Of a stretch of DNA of 64,000 nt, positions 49,301-64,000 are shown one piece after another. The notes under the pieces are model-generated. The model saw nothing but the letters and a program-made list of their open reading frames with translations, was not told where the DNA came from and did no database searches. This DNA is from Geosiphon pyriformis uo1 (taxonomy: Eukaryota; Fungi; Glomeromycota). The position numbers and the translations under genes were made by a program. The DNA is taken from assembly GCA_016748015.1 (NCBI GenBank), contig JAAOMT010000046.1:62001-126000 (forward strand). Direction: 5' to 3'. How positions within the stretch are numbered: position 1 is the stretch's first letter; the number at the start of each line of letters is the position of its first letter.

Positions 49301-51103
49301 GGGGCCAAAGAGCATAGAAAAGATTAATTCTCAATTCTTTTGTAAAAGAATAAATCTTTTGCTTTTTTGTTTAGTTTTTTCCAGAGTCTATTTGCTTAAT
49401 TAACTTTCTAATTGCTTTAACATACTTAGTTACAATTTTGCCAGAACCTTGAGTTTTTTTTTTAATTTCATGCACCATTTGGATATCAAGATAGGAGTTC
49501 TAAATTTTATTTTAAACTGGATAGTAAAAGAGGTGTTGTTTTCTCCAACATTTGCTGGTGTTTATCTAATAATTTTTTGCTGAGCATTGGCATTGGTTTT
49601 TTGTAAGAACTAAATAGCAGAAGAGTCTTAAAGATAGCCACCAACAATTTGGAATTTGTATTCATTATCATATTGGTTGGCTATAGCAGCTCTTTTAAAG
49701 TTATCTAACCATTCAATTAGATTTTGTGTATCTCTTTTAAATAATAATAATGGAGTATTGTTTTTTTATTTTAAAGCAGTTTGTATGTTTTAAAGAGCGA
49801 CCAGAATGTTTTGTTGTATAGGGTTGTTAGCTATTAGTTCAGAAGTAACTGTTTGTGTAAAATGTTCTAATTTACTTGAAAAGAGATCAAAAACAAGAGT
49901 GGTTTGATAGCTTTCTTCTTCTGTTTCAAAGAGGGTTTTAGCTAATTGGTGAGCAGCAATCCAGATATGAATTTGGTAATTTAAGTATTTGAAATCAAAA
50001 GACTGTTGTTCAAAGGTTGTGGAATATAAAAGTTGATTAATGCTGTTGTTTTTTCTTCAAAGTTGTCTTCAAGATAAATTTATTCAAAGTAATAGATTGT
50101 ATAGACTGTGTAGATTTTAACTAAATGCTTATTCAAGAACCAGTTCCAAAAGTCTTGGAATTGTCTACTGAATTATTCTTTAATAAGGAAGCAAATTAAA
50201 CAGGAGAGCAAAGGATTAAGTTCAATAAAGTTTAGATTGTTTTTGTTATGTGTTTCAAAGTGTTCTTCTGATTGTTGTGGCAAGTATGAATAATCACCCA
50301 TATAATAAGAAACAAAGTGGATTTTGACAACCTTACAGAGAGCACTACTTTTATGTTATGAGTTGGAGTAACAAGCTAATGGATAACAAGAAAAAACAGG
50401 ATTGTAGAGTAATAAAAGGAATCAAAGAAAATTTAACTTCAAAGAGTGAATTAAATAAGTATAGATTCAATGTGCAAAAACAGTCTTATAAAATATCTCA
50501 GTCACTATATTTTTCAAAAGATAACCAGAGAATCTGAAGGTAGAGAAATAGTTTATAGTGTCAACAAATGATCATATACTAATATAATTCTATGCTTTAT
50601 ATCAGTACTCTTAAAATTCAATATTAGATATTAAATGTACTTTTCAGTTATGTTTTATTTAATAATTTTCAAATGCTACAATTACGTTTCAGAAAAAGAG
50701 TAAAAAATAACTGACAAGTAATTTTTTATCTTAAAATGTTCAGATACTTAAAGATAAAAAAAGGGATATTAGTGATAAAAGAAAAATTAAGATAAAAGTT
50801 GTTATTTTATTTATTTGATTTTCTTGATTTTTGACATGTATTTCTATAGCTAAAAGATTTATTGCTTATATAGCTATTAAAAGTGGTCAATAATCAGATT
50901 AACAACTAGATTAATAATTAAATCAATGATTAGATCAATGATCAAGTTATTGATTAAGTTAATAATCAGGTCAATAATCAGATTAATAGTTAAGTTATTA
51001 ATTAGATCAATGATCACTATCTAAAAATAGAGTGGCTAATTATATGACATCAATGGCTAATACATGTGATAACTAATAAAAAGTATGGATTTCAACCATA
51101 ACA
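43377..51103 (-). mobile_element. Ty3/Gypsy family 1, copy C (full length, more decayed)
   Basis: LTRs 43377-44034 and 50354-51103. TSD ATAT at 43373-43376 and 51104-51107. All domains collinear with A. Confidence 0.95.
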
Positions 51104-52822
51104 ATATTAGTAATTTATATATATATTAATAATTAATAAAAACTATGATTTTTAATTATAATAATATTAAATAATATAACCAAAGATTAATTCAAACCAA
51201 AATAAATTAATATGTTTTTATTGTTATTATTTAAAATAAAAACTTGTTTTATTTATAATTATAATAAAGTTAAATATTATAATTATTATAAATAATATAA
51301 AACTAATATTTTTTAACTATTTTGGTTTTTTTTAACTATTTAAGCAATAGTAAAAAATAAAATAAAAAAAATAAAATATTTTAAGATTTTTAAAAAAGAC
51401 AAAAATTATATTAAAACTATTTCAAATAAAAATTTTTAAAAAATTTTGAAAAAAAAACTTACAATCAAAAATAAAAATAGCATTTTAGAATTAGCAAAAA
51501 ACTAATTTATTATTATTTTATTTAAAGTAGCACTTTTATAAAATATTTTCAAATAATTTTAATAGCTATAAATATTTTACTAATAAAAATATTATTAATT
51601 ATTTTAAAAAATTATATATTTGAGTTTGTTTTTAACTTAAAAATAAATTAGCTTAAAATTTAAAATTTTAAGTAATAATTATTTTATGTTATTTTAAATA
51701 CAAATATCAACTTATAATAATATAAATTTAATTAATAAATATTAAACTTAATTAACTTAATATTTAAAATTTAAGCTTGACTTTAATTTTTTAATTTAAA
51801 TAGTTTTAATTAACTATAATATATTATAATCATAAACAGATAGCTATTTATATATAAATAAAACATAAACTGTATTTATTATAAAAAATATATAATTTTA
51901 TACAGTTGAATCTTACTTTAACAATAAAATAATAAATCTTAACAGTTTTAAATAATATTCATAAAAATAAGACAAAAATAAATGGGTAATTACATTAATT
52001 AACAAATATATACTATTTATAAAATTATAATCAAGAAATAAAACAAAAAAATATATTTAATTATTATATTTTGTTAAAAATTGCAATTAAAATTTTTATT
52101 CAATTAATACTTTCAAAGTTTGCATTTGACCATTAGAAAACTTAAAAATTGAAGCTATTTATCAAATGTAGAACTATAACTTAGTTATTTATTTTGCTTC
52201 TCTGCTAAAATCTTTGAGTATATATTATAAACCTTGGATTTTATGTAAACTCGAAATTTTGCAAGATATTTCATTTTTAAAGTTTGAATATATTAAACGC
52301 CAAAAATGAGTTGATATAAATCACTTACCTAAACAGTCACTTGATATTCAGCCCTTCCTTTAAAGTGTTCAATCTTAATTTCTCAACTGAATCAATATAA
52401 CATCTCAAATCCACGTGAGGTTTCAAACCAAAGCCCGATTTTGATATTGGTTTATGAGTACAGAATATTTATGTTGAGGGTTGAGGCATTGACCGAGAAT
52501 TTCCCTTCTACTATGGTATACGCTTCTCGATTTATACAATTCTGATGGAGCCTATAGACCCCAAGACAAATTGAATAAGTTGCTTTCCCCGAAGATGTTC
52601 TTGTATTGCTCTCTGATAATGAGCTCACAAAAAATTATTCAAAGTTACAAAAGCAAAACCCAACTAAAAAGAGAATGCCAATATACTTACGAAACCCCTT
52701 TTACTTTCTAAAAACTTTGCTAAAAATTATTTCTAATGGATAACTGGACACTAGTGGTATGCTATTGAAACAGATTTAGGAAGCACCTAATATCGGTAGT
52801 CTTAAAATTGTTCTTTTTTTGA

Positions 52823-54595
<1,773 letters not shown>

Positions 54596-54891
54596 TTAGA
54601 GACGAATAAAGCTGAGTGGAATCCGAGAAAAATTTTGCTTGACTTAAATGTAATGTCCGAAAAAAGTTTGTGTACACTGGGCTACCAATTAACCATGTTC
54701 CATATCTCATGTGATCATGAGACATATAAAAAAATTGAGGTTTTATATATATTAAGGCACAACCGATTGTTGAAAAAGAATTATACTAGTACTAATATAC
54801 ATAAAGATAGACATTATTAAATAAAACATATTGAGTCAGAAACTTCCGCCGTAGATTATTGACGCAAAGCGCGAAAAGGAGAAAACTCAAT

Positions 54892-55912
54892 TCAGTTGAC
54901 CACACCGTGGACTTTTCTCCATTGGTTACGAACACCCATTAATGACGTGATAAGGCCAACAATTCCAAGTAATCCATCGTCAAGGTGAAGATATCCAAGT
55001 GAACTGGAAGGAATCATGAGGTCTAGACAATCTTGAATCAATTGTTCACGAACACCCTTACGTTCACTAGAAAAGAAAAAAATGTTGCTAATATAAATCT
55101 CGCATCAAATAATCTAAAAGTATTTAGCATAAAATTTACCGTGACAAAGGTTTGATCTCATTTTTAACCAAAGAATTATCGGCAGTCTCGAAATGCTTTG
55201 AAATTTTTTCATGCATGCTTATTTGCCGAAGTTTATACAGGCCGCCAATGATGGAAAAGACCAACCCGATAAACCAAAACCTGGCTGCGTTTTGGTTTAT
55301 CCTTTTGATCTGGTTGAATTTATAAACCCCTGCCAAATGAGCCTACAGTAAATATATAATAAGTTATTGAAAGTTGTATTTCAGCGAGAAACTTTAATGA
55401 AATTAAACAGTGCTCAGTAAATCAACCTCATACATACCCAGGAAAAAGTATCACAGAACAAATACCCTGCATATCCAAGTTGCCTGCCAACCGAGGCAAA
55501 TTTTAAAAACTCGTCTTGTTCTCTCAAAGATTTAGAGGCAGCCTGCAAATGCTCCAATGGCTTCCCAAGGCGCATAACTTTAATTGAAATCGTTGAAAGC
55601 TGATTGACTCAGTGCATAATTAACAATGCTAATGCTCTGCTGGGATTATGTCAAAAAATACTCTCAACCAAAGACCCCATCCCACCCTAAAAAAAGGGAA
55701 TAACTATTACGTTTTCTAGAGAGAGCCAACGTGTTCTTCAAATTGGTGAACCGCTGTATGGATTCTTTACTATAGCCTTGACGGTATAGATGCCAAGCAA
55801 AGAAGCGGGAAAAATACTGTATGGTTCTGTACACCTTATCCCGGCCCACTGTAGTCCCAGCATACTTCAGGGTCTGTTCTAAATGAGGGTGATTTATTAG
55901 ATGAAGAGCCAT
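54892..55912 (-). CDS. PEX11: Peroxisomal membrane protein PEX11. 4 exons: 55912-55711, 55577-55438, 55342-55140, 55066-54892
   Basis: 'TTVGRDKVYRTIQYFSRF...LSRKLMRLGKPLEH', C-terminal 'QDCLDLMIP...GIVGLITSLMG...W'. GT-AG introns join in frame. Confidence 0.93.
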
Positions 55913-57154
55913 TTCCGAAGAAATTATTCTTTATCAAAGAAGGCTTTAGCAGATATAAAGCTACGAGTTTTGTCAGTTCTCTTTAGTGGATAAATATGAG
56001 AGGGAATTTATAATCAATGACATCTACATGATGCTATCACCAAATAAATAGTGACTAAATTAGTTTGGGTATGACAAGTTTTTTATATGCGAACTAATTC
56101 ACAGAAAGGACATCTTTAACAAATCCCATTTAACACATGTAGTTGCAAATTAAAGAAATGCCGGGAAGCTACATATTTATCAGTTTGAATTTTTCTTGTT
56201 TTCAAAATTCTGTGTTTGTTTTCTAAAAGAATAAAGACTTAACAAAGCAATGTTTATTAATACGAAATTGATATATTTCATTTCCAATTTTATCAAAGGA
56301 TGCCGTTCAATCAATTGAAGAGCCTTTGCTAGATGTTTATCAAAGGAGAATAACTTTATTGTTTTGGCCAAAAAGGAATTTAAAAATTGTTCCTATTCTA
56401 ATTTGCGACCTTTGCTTTAAACCATGTCAATATTTTACTTGTTCAAATTACCTTTTTTCTTAAAATACTAACCGAATTCTTAAGAGTCACAAGAACCATT
56501 GCCACCAAGTTTTCGGCCTGTTTTGTATTAAGAAGCTTAAATTTAGACCAACAATTCAGACTGTTGGAAAATTTCAACTCGCTACAAATTCATTTGAAGG
56601 TTCTATTTTGAAGGTGAATATCAAAAATAAGATTGAATATGATTTATAATAGGGGACTGATAAACTGGAGCAAATGCTCTTAGGACACTTTGGCTCTGGT
56701 ATTTGAATACGAAAAGTTTATGATTCACCAGAGCAGACGTTATTTTCCAATTCCTCGATAGCGTCTTTACAAAAAGAAAATTTTGCCAAATTGAATATAG
56801 TTCAACTTGTACGGGAACATTTGATGCATGAAGCTTCAAATAATTTCGGATGACATTCAAAAATTTTCTTAAGGAAAAATGCCCGAAAGGTTTTTAATTA
56901 TATTATGCCTGTCGCTCTACTAATATGTGATGGTTTACGATAATTCACTAAAATTTTAATTATTATGCAGTGGAAAGTTTTTTTTTCAACCCCGTTAAGA
57001 GTGAAAGCTATACTTGAAAACGAAATTTATTGTTTAGACATTTATCGAAAAAAATCAAATTGAAGTAATGAAAAGATTTAATGCCTTCTTCACACTGTAA
57101 ACCCTATTTTTCATTTCATGACCCATAAAATAGATTTGCAACTTCTGAGAATCC

Positions 57155-58970
57155 TCAACCAGAACTATCGATGATTCCACCACCACTGATAGCATAAGCT
57201 AATTCAAATGATTGGAAAGATAATCAGTCTTGAGGAGCAATGGAATTTCCTTGAGGATTTCGAAATTTATTACTTACGTGCTTCAGCTTCAGGCATATCG
57301 GGGGAATCATAAATTTTGGCAATACGCTCTTCACCACGTCCTTTTCTTAAATACATTCGAATAGTCGAGCTATGTAAATTGGGCATAAAGTAAATAAAAA
57401 GAAAAACCAAGACTTTTGAATTCAGTTATTTTAACTTACGCATGTGCAAGAACGTGTCCACCAATGGGTTTGCGAGGATCACTCACAAATGTCATTGAGC
57501 CGCCAGGGTCAGCTTGAACCTTTTTAAAAAAGAAAGATTCAAGTTTATATAATTATGAGTTGAAGCAGCGATCGAGTTCAAATGCGAGATAAACCTGATT
57601 TGTGATATAGACAGCAACGTTAAACTCTTCGGCTATTTTGACAAGTCTGCTTAACATAATGTTGAGCTTTTGTTGTCTTTCAGCCAATTCTCCTCGACCA
57701 GAATAATCGGTTCTAAAAAGGTTGATGATCGAATCAATAACCTTGAAGGAAGACGAATAAATCGGCATAAGTTTTTTATGGAAATTGAACAACTAAGAAT
57801 CTTCAAAAAACTTACCAAAAGCCGATATATTCCCCTTTCTTCTGCAAATCTAGCAGCGACCTCAATAATGAGCTCCATCTGATGTTCCGAAGTGTATGCA
57901 CGAGCAAAAAGAACATTTTCGAGTGCTGCTTCTTGATCTATGCCAAACCGAGCAGCAATTGATTTGATCCTTTCGGGGCGAAAAGTCCCTAAGTTAGAAG
58001 AAATTGACTAAGGCTCGATTGAAAAATTTTAAGAAATCACTACATCATACCAATTCTTGATATTATACCTTCGGTATCGATGAACGCGGCCTGTGAAATG
58101 TGGTAAGTAAATTAAATAAAACAATAAAGAAAAAAAAGGTTATAATACCTTTCCATTTGCTCCTCCCATGGAAGGTGGAAGTTGTGCTGCAACGCAAAGC
58201 GTATGAGCAATTTGGGTTTTCCCAGTTCTGAATTCTCCAAAGGCTTCCGTAAGAGACATTGTTGGAACACCACCTTTTCCGAAAGTTTGGTTGGTTTAAA
58301 ATACATCTAAAACCTTGAATATAAGGAAAATCAATTGAAATTTTCTACCGTACCACCCAATAGGGCGTCTAACTGTTTGCTTCCCGTTGAAATCCATAGC
58401 ACCTTGGCTCTTATTAGACAAAACTCTGTTGCTGTAATGAAAGACGATGACTAAAATAATTTTAAGAAAGTCTATTGATTAGGAATAATTGAGGAAAACT
58501 AAAAATTCTTTGAAAAAATTGAATCTTTTCAAAACCTGAAGTTTAGAGGCAGTTTCTTTAAGTTTCTCAACCTTTGCCTCGGAAAGTCCTTTAATTTTGC
58601 AAAGATTCTTTCGTGTGGTCATTTGTATCGCCTAATAAATTTATGTGGAATGAGAAAAAACGGCCGGACTCCGAGAAGGTATAAAAACACGAGACATACC
58701 CGCACGGTACAGATACCGGCACTCTTAAGTTTGGCAATATCTGCTGCACTAACACCATGGTTTTGAATTTCATCTATTTCCGTATAAAATAATTCCTTTG
58801 GGTTGTGAAAAAAATGAGAGTGATCATGATTTAATCACAGGAAGTGCCATTTCTGAAAAAGACGCGTTTCCAAGGAAGTATTAAAATATGTGAATTTTTA
58901 TTATCACCTCTTCCTCTTCATCATCACGAAGTTCTTCTTGATCAGGTACTTGTTCAATAAGTTCGGCCAT
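57155..58970 (-). CDS. DMC1: Meiotic recombinase DMC1. 11 exons: 58970-58908, 58795-58700, 58631-58536, 58450-58354, 58273-58149, 58090-58069, 57988-57816, 57741-57595, 57519-57440, 57369-57278, 57198-57155
   Basis: Walker A GEFRTGKT; DMC1-type '[12 protein letters not shown]', '[12 protein letters not shown]', '[15 protein letters not shown]', '[13 protein letters not shown]'. All GT-AG introns join in frame. Confidence 0.93.
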
Positions 58971-60536
58971 TACGATAAAAATATATTCTAGAATTCAGAG
59001 TTGAAGGGAGAAGGGAATTAAGCAATTTTATCAAGAATGAAAAGTAAAGATGAATTTGTAGTTGATTGCTTTATCAGTTTTTAAATATTACGATTAGAAA
59101 CGACTTTGGTGACCTAATCAGCTGATGCATTAAAAATGGTTGCAAATTTTCTTTAATTTGATGATTCACGTTCTGATCGTATGAGAGCCTAAGGACTAGT
59201 ATTCTTCTGGTCAGTGAAGGTAATGATAGAAAAATTTTCCTGATGCATAATTCTTTAATTTCGAATAAATGAAATTTGAAACATTCTTATTAACTTTATT
59301 CCAATCTCCAGTAATTCCGATCTGTGAGTTTTTACCTTGGGCGTATTGTAGATTACGATGGAATTGAGATATTTAGTTGAGGACGTAATGTAATAAAAAT
59401 AAATCACCTCCGATTCCACATCAGAAAAACCAAAATTTTTCCTTAGGGTTATTACTAAAGATTCTCTATCAAATCAGTTTCTGATATACAATGGTTTGAT
59501 ATTAATTGATCAAAGAATGCAAGTCTAAAAAATTCTCATTTTCAAAACAATAATAAATAGTAATATGTTAAATATTTCAGATTAGAAATCTCAGATTGCT
59601 GATTTTATTTAAAGCAGATCAATTTAAATCATTAAAGATTAAATCTTGGTTGAATTACACTATATGTTTAAGCAATTAAAAACATTAAATTTAAAAATTT
59701 TAAGTATCGAAATTTAATATAATAATAAAAAAATTAAGACAAATTTTTTTATTATTGGTATATTTTACAAAAATCAAAAAAAAACAATTTGGCAAAAAAA
59801 TTAAAATTTTCTTTTAAATATTAATTATCGGTTTAGAAATATTTAATTTTTCTAATTTAAGATTATTAAAATTTTATCCATAAAAATACATTCATTTCAA
59901 ATTATATTGTATAATTCACATTCTGATAAAATTTGAAATACAATTAATCCATTTAATCATGTTAATATTTATAACAATTCCGAATTGTTTTAATGCCAAG
60001 TTTAAGATTTTTTAAATTAAGTGTATTGACTGCAATTTAAATACATTTAACATGTACATATTCTATACTAAACACAGCTCACGCTTTTTTTTTATACATT
60101 ATCAGCCATTTGAGCCAATTAAGATTACACTACTCTATTTTTAATCATTTATTATTATTAAAAGAGCATAAAAACTTCTTATTTATCAAATTACTTATGT
60201 TTAAGATTAGTTTTAATATTTTTATGCTTATCGACTATTATATTTAAATATTTTATTTTATTATTACATTTATTTTCATTTTTATGAACAGCTTTTAAAT
60301 TTTTTTAATGTAAATTCAAGAATATTCTAATCAATTTTATTATTTTAAATTTAATTAATTTTATGTTATTATGAATTCTAATCCAATTAATTATTTAACT
60401 TTTGAAAATAAATTTTTTGGCAATAAAAATTTATTAATAATCATAAATTATAATAAATATTAGTGTATAATTATTAGATAAAACCCAAAATTTTTGTACT
60501 TTCTTATAATTTTACACATAATTTTTTTATTTGTAT

Positions 60537-60860
60537 TGTTATAATTAAAAATCATAATATTTATCAATCATTCTATTATATTAACCAATAATATCATATA
60601 ATTAACCATCTTATTTTTAGATAATAATTATTAATCTAATTAATAATTATTGATTTAATTATTAACTTAGTTATTAATTTGATTATTGATTGAATTATTA
60701 CTTTAATTATTAATTTGGTTATTAATCTCTTTTGATAACTATATAAATAATAAATTTTTTAATTATAGAAAAACATAAAATCCAAAAATTAAATACAATA
60801 AACACATATTCAATACTTTTTTTATATTATTTCTTTTTTTTTAAAATTTTTTATTGTTCA
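60537..60860 (+). repeat. Highly decayed 5' part of a family-1 LTR
   Basis: TGTTATAATT start, decayed 12-bp array and TATA region matching 8057-8300. Confidence 0.6.
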
Positions 60861-61369
60861 TAATGACAAAACTAATTATGTTATAACAGATTTAAACTAA
60901 TTAATAAATACAAAATTCTTAATAATTTAAACCAAAATAAGATTTTTTTTGTTTTAATGTATTTTTTATAACTTTTTTCTATATAAAATTAAGAAACATA
61001 AACAATTTTTTGGTTATTGAATTGATTTTAAGTTGGTATTTAAACTAAAAAAGAAAATTTTTAGTCTGTTTTTATTTTATATTTAGTAGTTAACACATTT
61101 GTAAATAATATTATCTGAGTTAATAACAATTATATTATAATACAACATATTTTTAATATTACTAATAAAACTATAGTTATTTTTATTAATAAATAGATAA
61201 TAAATATCTTTTTGTTTATTAGTATATTATCTATTACAATTGCTAAAAAAAAGAATTTTATTAGTATTTAGGCATATTTTTTCATAAAAAAATTATTTAA
61301 ATTCAAGTTTGTCTAGGATTTATTTTGACACAAAGTTTTTATTAATTTTTTTATTATTAACGTTTAATG

Positions 61370-64000
61370 AATAAGGCCCAAAAACCACCTAGTGCAATAC
61401 ATCAAACTAAGCAATCTAAACTAGGCACTAATTATGTACTTTCTACATGTGACCAGCCACTTAGACCAATCAGAGCAACACTATAAATCTATCAGAACAG
61501 AAACCACACCATTTATACCAGAAAAAAAACAGCTATGTTTATGAAAACCAAAACAGACACCAACCATCTTGAAAATTCCAAGCAATCTAATCACTCCAGC
61601 AGAAAACATACATAACAAACCATGAGTCACAGGATACACAGAACCATCAAGTGGAATTAAACCGCCTTTTTTCATCAAAGCCCTATATTTAGCTCTAATC
61701 ACCCAAATATCTAAGTGGTAAGCAGCACCTAATTCTCAAACAAAATCAACAATAAACTTTTCTGCAACCTTGGTATTACCTAGAATAGACAAAGCTTCCT
61801 GAACCCAATTTCTAAACACAAAACTTTTGCCTACAGTAGTATACAACACATTATCAGATGTGCATAGAGAGAGCACTTGTAAGACACAAGATGAACACAA
61901 GCCCAATTCAGAAACACTTTGTCACTTGGCCAGATAAGACTTGAGAATGCTTTTACGAGCATTAGAATCAAATGTGCAAACAAAGAAATAGTCAGAACTT
62001 TCTATCTCACCACAATGCAGACATGAGACACTTGGGTAAATTTTACTATACAGACGTTTTTACACAGCAACTGGGAGACAGTAGTGGAGAGCCTTTAAAA
62101 AATAAGAGTGCAAACCAGCTGTAAATTTACTGGTAAAGCCGGCTGCCATATGGGAGTCAGAATGCCATACTGAAGCAATGCAAAACCAGTTCACATTACC
62201 AAGCAAACTGTCATCAACAATGTTGAAACCAGGACCAACCTCTCAACAAGTCTGATTAATAGACCTGAAAATCTCATGAGCAAAATAACAAACATTCCCA
62301 GACACTGTCTTCCCAGTAGCCATAATAAATCTTTCTCTAACCAAAACAGGAAATGCCAAAGAAGAGCTCACAGCTAGACCAGCCAACTTATTAGCATGCT
62401 CATTACTTACAACACTTGAATGTCTTTTTATCTTATGCCAAGAAACAACAAGCTGCTTATTCTTAATTAAATTGACAATGCCATGCCACTTCATCCAACA
62501 GTGGTTGCAGAAATTCGAAGACACCAGAGCAGATTCAGCCACACATGTATCCAATACAGTCTGACTGTCTGAATAAACTACCACAGAACTGTCAGAGGAA
62601 ACACACTCTAATGCCAAAGCAATTGTCTGCAGTTCTGCCATAGTCGAAGATACCAATCCACCAATCTTAGCACCAATACCCATGTCCAGATCTGAGAAAT
62701 AAGCAGCAGCACCACATTTCATTTCACGTGAACCCAAATCTCTCAATGATCTATCAGTGTAGGCATTAACTACCCTCATATTCGCTGAAGAGAGACAATG
62801 GCTCAATCCAGAAACTGCATTCAAACTGCAAACATCCATATTTTGCAAACCTTCAATGCACAAATCATCAAAAGTAGAAGATTGATCCAAAAAGTCACAA
62901 ATCAAAGTGAACCAATGAGGGACAGGACTCTTTGGATCAAGTCTTTTTTAATGATGAAAGCTCTTCCAATCGAAAATTAAACTCTTTTTGGTATATAACT
63001 GCTTGGCAAAAATGATCTCAAACTTTCTGAGAGACAAAGAGATATCATAAAACAAAGAAGCATCTAGGACTGCAGATATTGGTGTTCCACCAGAAAATCA
63101 GAATGCAGAAACAAAGAGATTGCTGAAAAACATGCCACAGTTCAAAAAAATTCTAACAACTTCTGCCAAAAAATTATTGACCGGACTGACATGCAACCTA
63201 ATTAGACAACGTAGAAAGTAAATAGATGACCAACTCAAAACTTGAAGATCCAAAGATCTATGATTGAACAAATGACCAAAAATACCATCAGCATTTGAGA
63301 AACACAACACAGAAGCCACCTTGCATTTAGTTTGTAACTGCTCAAAAGATCTTAAACTGTACAAAAAAGAATGATAAAAGGCCTCATTGGGAAAGTTTCT
63401 TGGAAGACCAGCTTTAAGCCTCAACCCCCTCCTGATCAATGTATCCCACTTCATACACACATTCCTGAAGACAAAGCTGAACTGAGTCCTGTAACTGATA
63501 ATTAGTTGCAACACAGTTAATACTAGATAAAGAAACTGCTTGTCCAAAATAGCTTTTTTGAGAACCAAATTGACAAAAAACTTGACATCCATGTGTGCCT
63601 TAGCCAAGCTTGATTTGGACAACCTTTCAAATAACAAATAAATGCCAAGATATTGATGAAACTCCTTCTTACAAGCAATTGAAATCAGCAGACTACTAAT
63701 TAACAATAAAGTATTACTAACCCTCTGATTGATAGAAATGGCTACAGTTTTTTCATTATTGATAAAAATGTTGTTTATCCTAAAAAATTCACTTGCTGTG
63801 TCCAGGATATACTGAGTAGTAGCCTAACTGCTCCCTATCTAGATAGTATTATCTACAAACACACCAGCAGCCAAAAAAGAAATCAAACTGTCTTGGTTTT
63901 CTATTCTGCCAGTTTTAGCTACAAATTTAGTATTAATTTAGTAACCACACAAACTTCCCTGTCTTTTGACCTCACACAAAAGGGGGTTATAAAAGATCTT
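61370..64000 (-). mobile_element. 3' part of a LINE (RT end, RNase H, CCHC zinc finger, 3' UTR); continues beyond the window
   Basis: RT 'AGVFVDNTI' at ~63843-63870; RNase H 'AYTDRSL...STMAELQTI...VYSDSQ...WHKIKRH...NEHANKLA'; 'CLHCGEIESSDYFFVC' at ~61976-62023; ORF2 stop at 61481; A-rich tail near 61345-61360. Confidence 0.92.

Larger units (their letters stand above)
21110..51163 (-). mobile_element. Very old Gypsy family-1 copy D, split by at least five later insertions. 3' LTR 21110-21483 + 24317-24604; internal region 24605-25296 + 29329-34271; 5' LTR ~34272-34868 + ~43310-43376 + 51108-51163
   Basis: Sequence is collinear with B and C across each insertion junction (e.g. ggtcagTA|ttattataacag matches 36416-36435 in B). 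Nearly all C/G converted to T/A; internal deletion in the RT region. The outer TSD could not be confirmed. Confidence 0.7.

Noticed and set aside
51903-51960. TA-CAGTTGAATCTTAC pogo-like TIR
   Set aside because: No matching second TIR or transposase remnant could be identified.
56180-56860. Short ORFs between PEX11 and DMC1
   Set aside because: No recognisable motifs or splice structure; probably intergenic/UTR.
57155-58970. RAD51 assignment
   Set aside because: Diagnostic residues (AYTSEHQ, QQKL, GGHVLAH, DSPDMPE) match DMC1 rather than RAD51 (AYNxDHQ, GGNIxAH, DSPCLPE).

Overview
AT-rich eukaryotic (fungal) genomic DNA. The intron-rich genes and retroelement protein style suggest an early-diverging fungus, most likely Glomeromycotina (Geosiphon-like); this is an inference, not a database result. 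Roughly 1-51.2 kb is a nested transposon stack. It holds a degenerate APE-RT-RNaseH LINE, three near-complete copies of one Ty3/Gypsy family (A 8057-15753 +, B 35007-42660 -, C 43377-51103 -, each with TG...CA LTRs and a 4-bp TSD), older and heavily decayed copies and solo LTRs of that family, a second Gypsy family, and two pogo/Tc1-mariner DNA transposons with TA TSDs. A three-gene island on the minus strand follows (WDR5/SWD3, PEX11, DMC1; all appear intact), then more decayed repeats and the 3' part of a second LINE. The most interesting object is the main Gypsy family. Its architecture is Gag (with an N-terminal HHCC-like motif), a UUUAAAC -1 frameshift into PR-RT-RH, a stop, a separately encoded integrase ORF, and an extra 218-codon ORF that runs into the 3' LTR. 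It also has a duplicated PPT motif, and its LTR carries a split antisense copy of the anticodon arm of the elongator tRNA-Met predicted by its own PBS. All repeats show pervasive C>T/G>A decay in CpG and non-CpG contexts (RIP-like), while the gene island does not.
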